From a bacterium (GTDB lineage: Bacteria > Calescibacteriota > Calescibacteriia > Calescibacteriales > Calescibacteriaceae), in NCBI GenBank assembly GCA_030550715.1, contig JAUQOU010000001.1:54456-118455 (forward strand): a stretch of DNA of 64,000 bases. Reading direction: 5' to 3'. Position 1 is the first letter of the stretch; every line of letters begins with the position of its first letter. Below are positions 9,418-19,183 of the stretch, piece by piece. Under the pieces are notes generated by a model. The model had not been told where the DNA came from. It did no database searches and worked only from the letters and a program-made list of their open reading frames with translations. A program made the translations under genes and the position numbers.

Positions 9418-10956
9418 ATGATAGAACTCCCTTTTGACCTGACACTTCGTGAAATTTCTCAGATCTGTGAAGGAAAAATTTTGCAACCAAAAAATGACCA
9501 TTACAATTTTGATGAGATAAAAATAAAGTATTTATCTTTTGATACGCGAGAGCAGGTTTCAGAATGCCTCTTTATCCCTATAAAGGGTTCAAGATTTGAC
9601 GGACACGACTTTATAGAAGAAGCTCAGAAAAAAGGAGCAAAAGCTACATTATTTTCAGATTACGAGAAAGTCAGAAAACTCAATCTATCTATACCCTGTG
9701 TCTTCGTTGAAGATACGAAAGAAGCTTTCTTGAAGTTATCTTCTTATATAAGGAAAAGAGTAAATCCTCTTGTTATAGCGGTTGGAGGAAGTGCGGGAAA
9801 AACAACAACGAAAGAACTTATCTATTTTGTACTGAACTCCTCTGGACTTTCTGTACATAAAAGCAAAAAGAGTTTCAACAACGAAATAGGCGTCTCTATA
9901 TCTATGTCTTCTTTAAAGAAAGATACCGAGGTTGCGATCTTTGAAATAGGAACCTCATCTCTTGGAGAGATAGAGAAACTTACAAAGTTCGTTGAACCAG
10001 ATTTTGGAGTTCTTGTTTCCTATGGAAAGGAGCATCTTGAAGGTCTGAGGTCTCCTGAGCTTGTACTCAAAGAAGAAACATATCTTACCGACTTTGTTGC
10101 AGGGAAGGGTGGGGCGGTCTTTATCAACATAGGAGTAGATGAACTGAAAGATTATTTTTTCAGGTTGAATTCTCATAAAAAGGTTGGTTTCCTGATGCCT
10201 CTTTACAAAAATCATAACAAAATTTCAAAAGCAGAACCTTTAAGTATCGTAGGAGCAGAACTTTTAAAAATGCTCAGAACCGATTTTGTACTGGTTTATC
10301 CTCGCGATGTTTCCAGAAAGTTTGAAACAGAGTTTGGTATCTATGTATCGTTTTCAGATATGAAGAAGGAGTTTTATATAAGAACAAATCTCGCTCCTCA
10401 CTTTGGCTCTAATCTCGCATCAGCTCTTTCTGTTTTCATTTTCTTCTTCCAATATATAAGGGGAGAGGGCTTTGATCATATAATAGATATGCTTCAGAGT
10501 ATAAACTTTTTTGATTTTAAAAATGAGTCAAGCAGGTTCAATGTTTTTGATTTGGGAAAATTCATCGTTGTAGATGATTCATATAATTCAAATCCTCTTT
10601 CTCTTTCCGCTCTGTTCTATTCAGCAGGGTTTCAGAAAGGGAAAAAGGTCTTCGTTATAGGAGATATGCTGGAACTTGGAGAATTCTCTGAGATAGAACA
10701 TCTGAAAATAGGTGAAAGTGCCAGTATGTATCTTGAAAAAGATAACTCTTTTTTCTTTGTCTCAGGCGAATTTGAAAAATATATGGAGGAAGGATTGAGG
10801 GCAAAAGGATTTCAGGTCAGTGTTTTCAAGAAAAACGACGAACTTTTCGAAAGTTTGAGAAGAATTCATTTTGATTTTATTTTCTTCAAGGCATCAAGGG
10901 CAAGAAAGTTTGACCTCATCGTGCAGGATTTTATAAATAACTTCAAACCAAGTTGA
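9418..10956 (+). CDS. murF: Mur ligase family, UDP-MurNAc-tripeptide--D-Ala-D-Ala ligase (MurF)-like
   Basis: Mur ligase ATP-binding loop AVGGSAGKTTTKE. The MurF-like N-terminus reads FDTREQV...IKGSRFDGHDFIEEAQKKGA. The C-terminal region is divergent. Confidence 0.6.
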   Translation: MIELPFDLTLREISQICEGKILQPKNDHYNFDEIKIKYLSFDTREQVSECLFIPIKGSRFDGHDFIEEAQKKGAKATLFSDYEKVRKLNLSIPCVFVEDTKEAFLKLSSYIRKRVNPLVIAVGGSAGKTTTKELIYFVLNSSGLSVHKSKKSFNNEIGVSISMSSLKKDTEVAIFEIGTSSLGEIEKLTKFVEPDFGVLVSYGKEHLEGLRSPELVLKEETYLTDFVAGKGGAVFINIGVDELKDYFFRLNSHKKVGFLMPLYKNHNKISKAEPLSIVGAELLKMLRTDFVLVYPRDVSRKFETEFGIYVSFSDMKKEFYIRTNLAPHFGSNLASALSVFIFFFQYIRGEGFDHIIDMLQSINFFDFKNESSRFNVFDLGKFIVVDDSYNSNPLSLSALFYSAGFQKGKKVFVIGDMLELGEFSEIEHLKIGESASMYLEKDNSFFFVSGEFEKYMEEGLRAKGFQVSVFKKNDELFESLRRIHFDFIFFKASRARKFDLIVQDFINNFKPS

Positions 10957-10975
10957 TAGATGAAACCCCTTTTCA

Positions 10976-11743
10976 TTATGTCATGTGCGATTCTATGAGG
11001 TCCTTCAAAGTTTTCTCCAAAGCTGTCGTGATGAACTTTCTCTTTTCTTTTCTATCTTTTATTTCAATGTTTGAAAAATCAAGGGGCTGACCTATTATAA
11101 CCTCTATCTTTCCCCTCTTTGGTATTATGGTTTTTGGAGGATAAACCCTGTGAGTCCCTATAATTCCAACCGGCACAACCGGTAAGTTGAGCATATCAAC
11201 AACAAATCCAATTCCTTCCCTGAAGGGTAGGAGTTCGTTCGGTTTTCTTCCGGGCTCTCCTCTTGTCCCCTCCGGGAATATACAGAGAATATCTGGTTTT
11301 TCTTCACCTAAAACCCTTATTATATCTTTTATTGAAGATACGGGAGAGCTTGCTTTCACTATCGGATGGTTCTGAATTTTCAGTCCCCATCCTATTACGG
11401 GAATTTTCAGAACATCTTCTTTTGCAAAAAACTTTATTTTTTTTTCTTTGAATGCAAGTGTTATTGCTGGGATGTCAAGAAAACTTATATGATTTGAGCA
11501 TATTATGAACTTTTCTAAATTCGTATTTTTTTCTCCGTATAACTCAAGCTTTATGTTGAAGATGTTAAAAAGGATTTCAAACCATTTTTTTGTATGTTTT
11601 TCAGAAAGCTCTTTTGTCTTACTATTCCTTAGAAAAAATGGGATAACGATTATAGAAAAGAAAAACGGTATAGATGCTCCGATGAAAAAAGATGATTTCA
11701 GAATCCTTTCAGCATAATTTACTTTATCTTCATATTTTCCCAT
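10976..11743 (-). CDS. plsC: 1-acyl-sn-glycerol-3-phosphate acyltransferase
   Basis: The NHISFLD (HxxxxD) and FPEGTRG motifs of the PlsC family are both present. An N-terminal transmembrane helix is present. Confidence 0.75.
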   Translation of the reverse strand: MGKYEDKVNYAERILKSSFFIGASIPFFFSIIVIPFFLRNSKTKELSEKHTKKWFEILFNIFNIKLELYGEKNTNLEKFIICSNHISFLDIPAITLAFKEKKIKFFAKEDVLKIPVIGWGLKIQNHPIVKASSPVSSIKDIIRVLGEEKPDILCIFPEGTRGEPGRKPNELLPFREGIGFVVDMLNLPVVPVGIIGTHRVYPPKTIIPKRGKIEVIIGQPLDFSNIEIKDRKEKRKFITTALEKTLKDLIESHMT

Positions 11744-11844
11744 CTTTTAAGATTCATTTCTGTTTTTAATCTTCATCTCTGAGATTTTATTTTTTGTAAA
11801 TTACTATTTTTTTCTTTTAGCTTGAAAGATTAAGTTTTAGTTTT

Positions 11845-12729
11845 ATGGATTTTAGAAGGGCAATTGATTTATTCTGGACCGCTATCATAACAATATGCGG
11901 TTTTTTTTCAATATTTATTTCGTTTGCGATAGTTTTTGTTCTTGTTAAAGATTCAATTCCGTTTTTCTCTCATGTTGATATTTTTGAGTTTTTGACGGGT
12001 AAAGAGTGGACTCCTCTTTTTGAGACAAAGAAGTTTGGGATTTTACCTCTCGTAAGTGGAACTTTGCTTACTACATTTATCGCATTGCTTGTGGCAGTTC
12101 CGGTAGGAATTACAATCTCTGTATTTTTGAGCGAGTTTTCGTCTTCAAAATTAAGAGAGTTTTATAAACCCGTTCTTGAATTTCTTTCTGCTATTCCAAC
12201 TGTTGTTTATGGATATTTTGCACTTTTATGGCTTACTCCGTTTCTGCAAAAGTTTATTCCCAATTTGCAGTCCTTCAACGCTTTGTCTCCCGGAATAGTG
12301 ATAGGAATAATGATTTTACCTTATGTCTCTTCAATTAGTGAAGATGTTATGAGAGCTGTTCCTCAAAGTTTGAGAGAGGCATCTTATGCTCTTGGAGCGT
12401 CGCGAATTTACACCGCTTTCAAGGTGGTTATACCCGCTGCCTTCTCCGGAATATCTTCTGCGTATATTTTAGGAATTTCAAGAGCAATAGGAGAGACGAT
12501 GATAGTTGCTATCGCAGCTGGTATGCTTCCTCAATTCACTTTCAACCCCCTTGAACCAATTCAAACTATGACCGCTTATATAGTTCAGGTATCTTTGGGA
12601 GATGTGCCTTATGGAACGATTGAATACTCAACAATTTTTGCTGTCGGACTTACACTTATTGTTATCACGCTTATTTTCAACACATTGGCTTTTATTCTCA
12701 AAGAAAGATTCACCCAAAAGTTAAGATAA
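11845..12729 (+). CDS. pstA: Phosphate ABC transporter permease (PstA/PstC type)
   Basis: Six-TM permease. The EAA-loop reads EASYALGASRIYTAFKVVIPAAFSGI, as in PstA/PstC. pstB lies at 24478-25401. Confidence 0.6.
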   Translation: MDFRRAIDLFWTAIITICGFFSIFISFAIVFVLVKDSIPFFSHVDIFEFLTGKEWTPLFETKKFGILPLVSGTLLTTFIALLVAVPVGITISVFLSEFSSSKLREFYKPVLEFLSAIPTVVYGYFALLWLTPFLQKFIPNLQSFNALSPGIVIGIMILPYVSSISEDVMRAVPQSLREASYALGASRIYTAFKVVIPAAFSGISSAYILGISRAIGETMIVAIAAGMLPQFTFNPLEPIQTMTAYIVQVSLGDVPYGTIEYSTIFAVGLTLIVITLIFNTLAFILKERFTQKLR

Positions 12730-12850
12730 CCTATAAACAAAATCTAAATGATTTGGAAAATAAAAAAAGATTTTTTTCTGAAAAATTCTGAAATATAATA
12801 AAATTCTGCATAAATAAAAAATTATATATTGTAATTTTAGCTATTAGAGT

Positions 12851-13999
12851 ATGGACATCAATTTCATAGAGAGTTTAAAGGTTGAATCATATAATTTCCT
12901 CACATATAATGTGAATGAGAGAGAGAAATTTCTCTGCGGTGTAGATATATACAAAGACATAACCCAAGAGTATTTCAGAAAAGAAAAGGGAGAAGAAAAA
13001 AACATAGTACCTCTGATAACTTGTGGAAGGATTGAGTTCATATATACATCTTCTGATTTTTTGGGATTAGACGGATTTGAAAAGTTGAGTGGATGGTCCG
13101 CTTTCTCTCATCTTGTCAAGCTATCTGCGGGAATAAACACCATGATTTTCGGTGAAACTCATATAGTGAATCAGATAAAAAATGCCTTCTTTTCTGCAAG
13201 AAAAAACGGTCTATGCACCGATAAAATGATAAGCTTGCTCGGAGAAATTATCAGAATATCAAACTTGCTCAGAAAAAAGCTCAATATAGAAGAGAAAAAT
13301 TTCTCAAATTTTGTTCTGAGTAAGGCAGAAGAAATTTTTGGCTCTCTCGAAGATAAAACTCTTTTCGTTGTCGGCACAGGAGCTGTCGCACACGATGTTT
13401 TCAAAATCTCTTCAAAGTTCAAAAAACTCATAATCTACTCCCATAGCAGAGAAAAAGCAGAAGAAAGAATAAGAAGGTTAAAGCAGTTTTTAGATACTGA
13501 AATTGAGTTTGTCTCTTCTGTCCAAGAGGGATTAGAAAAGGGAGATGTTGTCGTCCTTGCGACTCGTCATCCCGGTTTCCTTGTGAAAAAAGAAAGTTTT
13601 GAGAAACTGAACCAAGATGGAGTATTAAAAGATGGAAAGAAATTTTTGATAATAGATTTTTCTTTCCCGCGCAACGCAGACCCAGAAATAGATAAATTTG
13701 AAAATGTCTTCCTCTTCAATGTTGATTCAACGGCTATCTTGAAGATAAATCCTGAAAAGCTTGAACTCGCAGAAAAATTCATAAGCGAGGAAATAGAAAA
13801 AATCAAATCAAGATACGAATACAGAAAAAGCGTCTCGTATCTTTCAGAGATGAAAATAGATTTTGAAAACATAATATTTGAACACCTCATGAAATATACA
13901 AATCTCCAACAAGATGAAATATCTATAATATCAAAGTCGCTCTCTAAAAAACTTCTCGCAAGATTCTTTGAAAAAGAAAAAGAAAAAATGCAAGATTAA
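12851..13999 (+). CDS. hemA: Glutamyl-tRNA reductase
   Basis: LITCGRIEFIY corresponds to the catalytic LSTCNRxE region and GETHIVNQIK to GETQILGQVK. The NADP-binding segment is LFVVGTGAV. Confidence 0.7.
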   Translation: MDINFIESLKVESYNFLTYNVNEREKFLCGVDIYKDITQEYFRKEKGEEKNIVPLITCGRIEFIYTSSDFLGLDGFEKLSGWSAFSHLVKLSAGINTMIFGETHIVNQIKNAFFSARKNGLCTDKMISLLGEIIRISNLLRKKLNIEEKNFSNFVLSKAEEIFGSLEDKTLFVVGTGAVAHDVFKISSKFKKLIIYSHSREKAEERIRRLKQFLDTEIEFVSSVQEGLEKGDVVVLATRHPGFLVKKESFEKLNQDGVLKDGKKFLIIDFSFPRNADPEIDKFENVFLFNVDSTAILKINPEKLELAEKFISEEIEKIKSRYEYRKSVSYLSEMKIDFENIIFEHLMKYTNLQQDEISIISKSLSKKLLARFFEKEKEKMQD

Positions 14000-14145
14000 T
14001 CGGTCAAACTCATTCGGTATTTTTTAGGAGTAAAAATTAAACCTTTATAAGTTCATTTATTGAATATTGAACGAAATTTAAAATCAGTGAAAAAGCAAGT
14101 TAGACAATTTTTCACACTTTTTTATAAAGTGATTAAATTAAATTC

Positions 14146-17100
14146 GTGCAAGAAAAAAACAGAAGAAGACAAACTCTTCAACATACTATCGCACTGCTCA
14201 TAACCTTTTTATTTTTTATAACCTTATCTATGTCTTATGGACAGAGAATAGGAGAAAGGGCTGAAAATTCTTTTTCATGTTCATTCGGCAAAAAAACAGC
14301 AGGCGGAGGTGGTTCATTTAATCCTCCACCGCCCCCACCTCCACCAGAGCAAAAAGGATATGTGATTTTGAGAGTGAAGAATGCTAACTCCGGCTCACCA
14401 GTTGAAAACGCATCAGTATATGCAAACGGAGTCCTCGTTTCTCAAACATCACCCGAAGGAGTTGCTTACTTCCCGCTGAACCAAGACCAGTATAACATCA
14501 AAATTTCCGCACAGGGATTTTCACCAACATTTTACAAAATAGATGTACAAAAAGATACAATAACATCTCTTGAAGTAAATCTCCTACCTTACAGGTTCTC
14601 AACCGATTTTGATACATCTTCCCCAACAGTTATAACAGATAGAGCGTCAGGAGTAAAAATTTCTCTCCCAGGCGGCGGACTGAAAAAACAAGATAACTCC
14701 CTATACTTTGGAAAAGCTTACATAAGTATCGCTTATATTAATCCATACGACCCCTTGCAGATTTCTGCTTTCCCCGGCAACTTTGTTGCAGAAAGAACTA
14801 ACGGAGAAAAAGTCCTTCTGGAGACATTCGGACCAATAGAGGTCAGGATAACCTCTGAATCGGGAGAAATTTTGAACCTCCCAGATGGTGTATCAAGCGA
14901 GGTTATCTTCCCTATTCCACCAGATAAAGTTGATTCTGTCCCAGATATAGTTCCTCTTTGGTATTTTGATGAGTCAAAGGCAGAGTGGAAAGAAGAAGGT
15001 TTTCTTGTAAAACAGGTTGCAGATGGTAAATATGTTCTGAAAGGTTATGTCTATCATTTTTCGTGGTGGAACCCAGATATTCCTTCTGACACAACTTGCA
15101 TAAAAGGGGTTCTGAAAGATGAGAATGGGAACCTTGTTGTTGGTGCTCAGGTATGGTCGGAGGGAGTTGATTATCAGGGAGCGGATTGGTCGGGAAAAAC
15201 AAGAAGGACTGATTCTCAGGGAAGATTTTTCACCTTCGTCAGAAAGAACTCAAAAGCAAAGGTTTTTGTATATCTTGCAGATGGAAGGAAATTTCTGCTT
15301 ACAGAGGTCAATACTCCTTCTTCTCCTTCGTACTATTACAAAGATTGGCTTCAAAATCCTGACTCTGCTTGGACGATATGTCAAGATATAGGGGAGTTCA
15401 CAATAAGCAGTATAAAAGTTATTTTGCGCTGGGGAAATGAAAAATGCGACCTTGATTTACATATAACAGGTCCGAACGGTTCAGGTGGTAGATTCCATGT
15501 TGCAACAAAGCTCTGGGGAAGAAAGATAATTTCTCCTTATGTTGAAATTTTAGGAGATGATTATCCAGAGGTTGCATCAGTATCTCCTTACTTTCAGGGT
15601 TTGTACAGGGTTTCTGTTTTTCATAACAATCCGAGTGATACAAACTGTGGTAGGTTGCTCAAAGATTCAGGAGCTTTGATTCAGGTTTGGAAGAATCACA
15701 AGGTTATAGCTACGGTGAGTCCTCCTTCGTCTGGTTCAGGGAACCTTTGGAAAGCATTTGATATGGTTGTTTGGAGCGGAGGGATAACAATAACACCAAT
15801 TGGAGAGATTATAAACGGAGATTATTGCTCTCCATACCATCCTGATCCGAGTTTTGAAAGCGCTTGTCCTTCAAATAGTCCGCCGACATTTTCTGCGGTC
15901 GTTCCTTCATCTGTTGAGGGAGGAAGTGTTATTTTCATTCCGTTGACGGTAAATGACCCAGATGGAGATAATACAGAGGTGAAGGTTTTGGCTTCCGGTG
16001 ATTTTGGAAGGTTTATTGTCTCGCAAGAAAATAAGGTTATTGGTTGGGAAGTTGCCGATGTTTATAAAACCAAGACCGTTTCTTTCACCATAGTGGTAGA
16101 TGACCTACGGGGCGGGGTAGTATCGCAAACATATAATGTCTCTATTATTCCGACAAGATCGTTCAAGATATGGGAGTTTTCATCATCTGACCCATCTTTT
16201 GGCAGGTCTTTTTTTGATATTGCTATGGGGTCGGATAGCTTTTTTACTGTGCTCATAGGTTCTGGTGCTGATTATGTTGTCAAATTCAGCAAAGAGGGTA
16301 AGGTTTTGGCTCGCAAGGCGTTCTCTCATATATACGATATAGCCCTTGGAGATAACGGAATTTATATAGCGTGGGATGCAGGAGGAGGAATTTTCGTCCT
16401 CAGCAAATACAACTTTGACCTCTCATCTGCTATATGGGAGGTTGTTGCTACTACATCTGGAAGAAGTTTTATTGCCGTTGATACGTTATCTGATGGAGTT
16501 GTTGTTGCTTTTGTAGAAGGTGGAAACTATGTCGTCAGAAAATACAATCATTCAGGAACTGCTTTGTGGACAACTTCTTTCCCGAAAGCAGGTAATTACC
16601 AGTTATGCTGGGTAAATTGCCTGAGAACAGAAAAAACATCAGGAGAGGTATTTTTATCTATCTACGAAGATTATCTTTCTGGGCAGGATTATCAGAAGAT
16701 TTTCAGGGTTTCCTCTTCCGGGGTTCTTCTGGGGAGTAAAACATTTTCAAACTGGGCTCTTGTTCCAATATATCCTCTTGGCACATCAATATATGTGATA
16801 AGGAATTGGACATACCTTGAAATCTATGATCTTAATTTCAATCTTATAAGGTCTTTGAATATATGCTCTGATTTTTCTATGTGTGAGTACTGGATAGTTG
16901 ACCTTCATGTTGCAGAAGATAAAATCTTTGCTCTTGGTCAGTATAGCATATATAACGATAACTTTGAATGGGTGAAAGATTCGCTTGCTTTTTTGGTTTT
17001 TGACCTCGGATTTGGACTTAAATACTACAAAAACATAGGTGTCTCTTTGGAGAACATAGCGGAATACGGTTATGGAATATATTATTCTGTTGATTCTGTT

Positions 17101-17172
17101 TTCGTTGTTGGTGAATTTCATCCTTCTTCTTCTGCGAGGTATCCTTTTGCTTTGAGGTATTACTTCAAGTAA
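14146..17172 (+). CDS. Large secreted/surface protein (1008 aa) with four recognisable regions: poly-Pro linker, carboxypeptidase-regulatory-like domain, DUF2135 (YfaP)-like domain and C-terminal beta-propeller-like repeats
   Basis: N-terminal signal/TM helix, then GGGG-PPPPPPPP. A CarbopepD_reg-like segment follows (YVILRVKNANSGSPVENASVYANGVLVSQTSPEGVAYFPL). The motif CDLDLHITGPNGSGGRFHVATK matches DUF2135. The C-terminal repeats resemble propeller blades. Confidence 0.6.
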   Translation: MQEKNRRRQTLQHTIALLITFLFFITLSMSYGQRIGERAENSFSCSFGKKTAGGGGSFNPPPPPPPPEQKGYVILRVKNANSGSPVENASVYANGVLVSQTSPEGVAYFPLNQDQYNIKISAQGFSPTFYKIDVQKDTITSLEVNLLPYRFSTDFDTSSPTVITDRASGVKISLPGGGLKKQDNSLYFGKAYISIAYINPYDPLQISAFPGNFVAERTNGEKVLLETFGPIEVRITSESGEILNLPDGVSSEVIFPIPPDKVDSVPDIVPLWYFDESKAEWKEEGFLVKQVADGKYVLKGYVYHFSWWNPDIPSDTTCIKGVLKDENGNLVVGAQVWSEGVDYQGADWSGKTRRTDSQGRFFTFVRKNSKAKVFVYLADGRKFLLTEVNTPSSPSYYYKDWLQNPDSAWTICQDIGEFTISSIKVILRWGNEKCDLDLHITGPNGSGGRFHVATKLWGRKIISPYVEILGDDYPEVASVSPYFQGLYRVSVFHNNPSDTNCGRLLKDSGALIQVWKNHKVIATVSPPSSGSGNLWKAFDMVVWSGGITITPIGEIINGDYCSPYHPDPSFESACPSNSPPTFSAVVPSSVEGGSVIFIPLTVNDPDGDNTEVKVLASGDFGRFIVSQENKVIGWEVADVYKTKTVSFTIVVDDLRGGVVSQTYNVSIIPTRSFKIWEFSSSDPSFGRSFFDIAMGSDSFFTVLIGSGADYVVKFSKEGKVLARKAFSHIYDIALGDNGIYIAWDAGGGIFVLSKYNFDLSSAIWEVVATTSGRSFIAVDTLSDGVVVAFVEGGNYVVRKYNHSGTALWTTSFPKAGNYQLCWVNCLRTEKTSGEVFLSIYEDYLSGQDYQKIFRVSSSGVLLGSKTFSNWALVPIYPLGTSIYVIRNWTYLEIYDLNFNLIRSLNICSDFSMCEYWIVDLHVAEDKIFALGQYSIYNDNFEWVKDSLAFLVFDLGFGLKYYKNIGVSLENIAEYGYGIYYSVDSVFVVGEFHPSSSARYPFALRYYFK

Positions 17173-18274
17173 ATATCGGCGGGAGTTCAAGTCCCACTTT
17201 TTCATCGTATCCGAATTTTATGTTCAGGTTCTGGACTGCCTGTCCGCTTGCTCCTTTGATAAGATTATCTAAAACACTCACAACCATAATTATATTGTCT
17301 TTGCACTTTATCCCAACTCTTATGAAGTTTGTTCCTGTTACCGAGTAGATATCTGGAAGTTCTTCTCCCCAGAAATCAAAGAAGAAGTTTTTCTGTGAGA
17401 AATTTTGATATTCTTCAAATATTTTGTCGGTTTCTGGTTTTTCATCAAGTTTTATCCATATTGTTTCAAGAATTCCTCTTTTTGCTGGTATGAGTTGAGC
17501 AGTGAAATTTAGAGGTGGCGATATATCAAATAGTTCTTTTAATTTTTCCTGCATTTCTGGGACGTGTCTGTGTTCAGACCACGCGTAGACCTTTATGTTT
17601 TCGGAAAGGTATGCGAGAGTAAGGTGTGGGAGTGCCTTTCTACCTGCTCCTGTGACACCGCTTTTTGCGTCAACTATAATCCACTCAATGTTTAGACCTT
17701 GCTTTTTTGCATATTTGATAAGCGGTGCTATTCCAAGAAGCGTGGCTGTTGGATAGCACCCCGGATTTGCTACGATTTCGCTTTCTTTTATTTTTTCTCG
17801 GTAAAGTTCGGTAAGTCCGTAAACTGTTTTCTGTATAGCTGATGGTATCGCGTGATCGAAACCATAAACCTTTTTATACTGTCCTACGTCTTTGAACCTG
17901 AAATCTGGCGAAAGGTCAATTACGAAGCTTGATATTCCAGATTCAATTATTCTTGACACTATTTTGTGAGCTTTGTTTTGTTCTGTGCAGAAAAAGATAG
18001 CAGAAGAGCCCTCTAATTTCTCTTCTGAAAATTTCTCTATTTTTGAAACTTTTTGAAGGTATTTCCTGAAAGATGGGATTGATTTGGTAATTTCAGGTTG
18101 AGTTTGCTCTTCTTTTTGTTTATCATCTTCTGATAGGGAGAGGAGTTGGATTTCATCAACGTATGGGTGTAGTGAGAGGATTTTTATTGTTTCTGATCCT
18201 GTGTATCCTCTTGGTCCAACGACCGAGATTTTGAGTTTATTTTTCTTTCTTTTGTTTTCGTCTTCTTTTTTCAT
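17165..18274 (-). CDS. argC: N-acetyl-gamma-glutamyl-phosphate reductase
   Basis: GPRGYTGSETIKILSLHP matches the ArgC N-terminal NAD-binding motif. The active-site segment is VANPGCYPTATLL. Confidence 0.9.
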   Translation of the reverse strand: MKKEDENKRKKNKLKISVVGPRGYTGSETIKILSLHPYVDEIQLLSLSEDDKQKEEQTQPEITKSIPSFRKYLQKVSKIEKFSEEKLEGSSAIFFCTEQNKAHKIVSRIIESGISSFVIDLSPDFRFKDVGQYKKVYGFDHAIPSAIQKTVYGLTELYREKIKESEIVANPGCYPTATLLGIAPLIKYAKKQGLNIEWIIVDAKSGVTGAGRKALPHLTLAYLSENIKVYAWSEHRHVPEMQEKLKELFDISPPLNFTAQLIPAKRGILETIWIKLDEKPETDKIFEEYQNFSQKNFFFDFWGEELPDIYSVTGTNFIRVGIKCKDNIIMVVSVLDNLIKGASGQAVQNLNIKFGYDEKVGLELPPIFT

Positions 18275-18494
18275 AAAACAAAAGGTAATTTTCTCTGTTT
18301 TTCTTTAAGTATTGAGCAAAAAGGTAAGGCGATTCTTTTTGTAGATTTTCAGATGTATCTTGAAAAATTCAAGACCAAAGTTTTTCGTTTTGCTTGACTT
18401 TTTTGAAAAAATGATTAAAATAATTACTGGAAGTTTGACGCAATTTTTTGAAAAAATTGAGCCGGAGACCTTGATTTTATTAGGTTTTTTTGCG
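18275..18494 (+). promoter_or_regulatory. AT-rich putative CRISPR leader, also the region upstream of argC
   Basis: 220 bp of non-coding AT-rich sequence immediately 5' of the first perfect repeat. It lies on the side opposite the degenerate terminal repeat. Confidence 0.4.
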
Positions 18495-18665
18495 GTTTTA
18501 ATATGCCAAAGAGGAATTTAAACCTCGCAGACACACTGTTTCTGCGCACATAGAAGAACTTGTTTTAATATGCCAAAGAGGAATTTAAACGCAAGAGTGA
18601 AAGTGAGATTATACTTTTGATTATTTTTTTTCACAAGTTGTAATATACCAAAGAGGAATTTGAAC
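18495..18665 (+). CRISPR. Mini CRISPR array: three 29-bp repeats (GTTTTAATATGCCAAAGAGGAATTTAAAC) and two unique spacers (38 and 46 bp)
   Basis: Repeats lie at 18495-18523 and 18562-18590 (identical) and at 18637-18665 (3 mismatches, GTTGTAATATACCAAAGAGGAATTTGAAC), which fits a degenerate terminal repeat. The repeat has partial terminal dyad symmetry (GTTTTAAT/ATTTAAAC). Spacer 1 is markedly GC-richer than the surrounding DNA. Confidence 0.75.
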
Positions 18666-19112
18666 TTATCTTTTCTTCCACTGCTGTGTTTTTCTTGCTT
18701 TTCTTCTTCCGTATTTTTTCCTTTCAACTTCTCGCGGGTCACGTGTCAGAAGCTTGTGTGTTTTGAGAATTTTTCTGAGCTCCGGCTCTTTTTTATTGAG
18801 AGCTCTTGCTATTCCGTGAGCTACCGCCTGCGCCTGCGCAGATGGTCCGCCTCCTTCTACTGTCGCAAAAACAACATACCTTTCAGCTCTCTGTGTCAGT
18901 TCAAGCGGTCTTCTGACCACAATTTGAAGATATTTATCTTGAAAATATTTATCGTACGGAATCCTGTTTATATATATTTCTGGGTTGGGACTGGGATTAT
19001 TTTTTTGCCATATCCAAACCCTTGCGACCGCTCTTTTTCTTGCTCCTCTTTCCGGAACCTCTTCCTTTGGAACCTTAATATCAACCTTCTGAACCCCTAT
19101 CATATCTTTCAA
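18666..19112 (-). CDS. rpsI: 30S ribosomal protein S9
   Basis: The S9 signature GGGPSAQAQAVAHGIARAL is present and the C-terminus is basic (KKYGRRKARK..). No rplM is found upstream. Confidence 0.9.
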   Translation of the reverse strand: MKDMIGVQKVDIKVPKEEVPERGARKRAVARVWIWQKNNPSPNPEIYINRIPYDKYFQDKYLQIVVRRPLELTQRAERYVVFATVEGGGPSAQAQAVAHGIARALNKKEPELRKILKTHKLLTRDPREVERKKYGRRKARKTQQWKKR

Positions 19113-19183
19113 ATTAAAATTGAATTCACCTGAATTTTTATTTTTTCAGCTTTTTTGTTGTAATTTCTTGTGATTCCAAAATC

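Noticed and set aside
13999-14040. Possible terminator hairpin after hemA
   Set aside because: The T-tract is present (GGTATTTTTT) but I could not pair a convincing upstream stem by eye.
18518-19133. 74-aa minus-strand ORF across the CRISPR repeats and a 157-aa plus-strand ORF antisense to rpsI
   Set aside because: One is translated from repeat/spacer DNA and the other lies antisense to a conserved ribosomal protein gene. Neither is convincingly coding.
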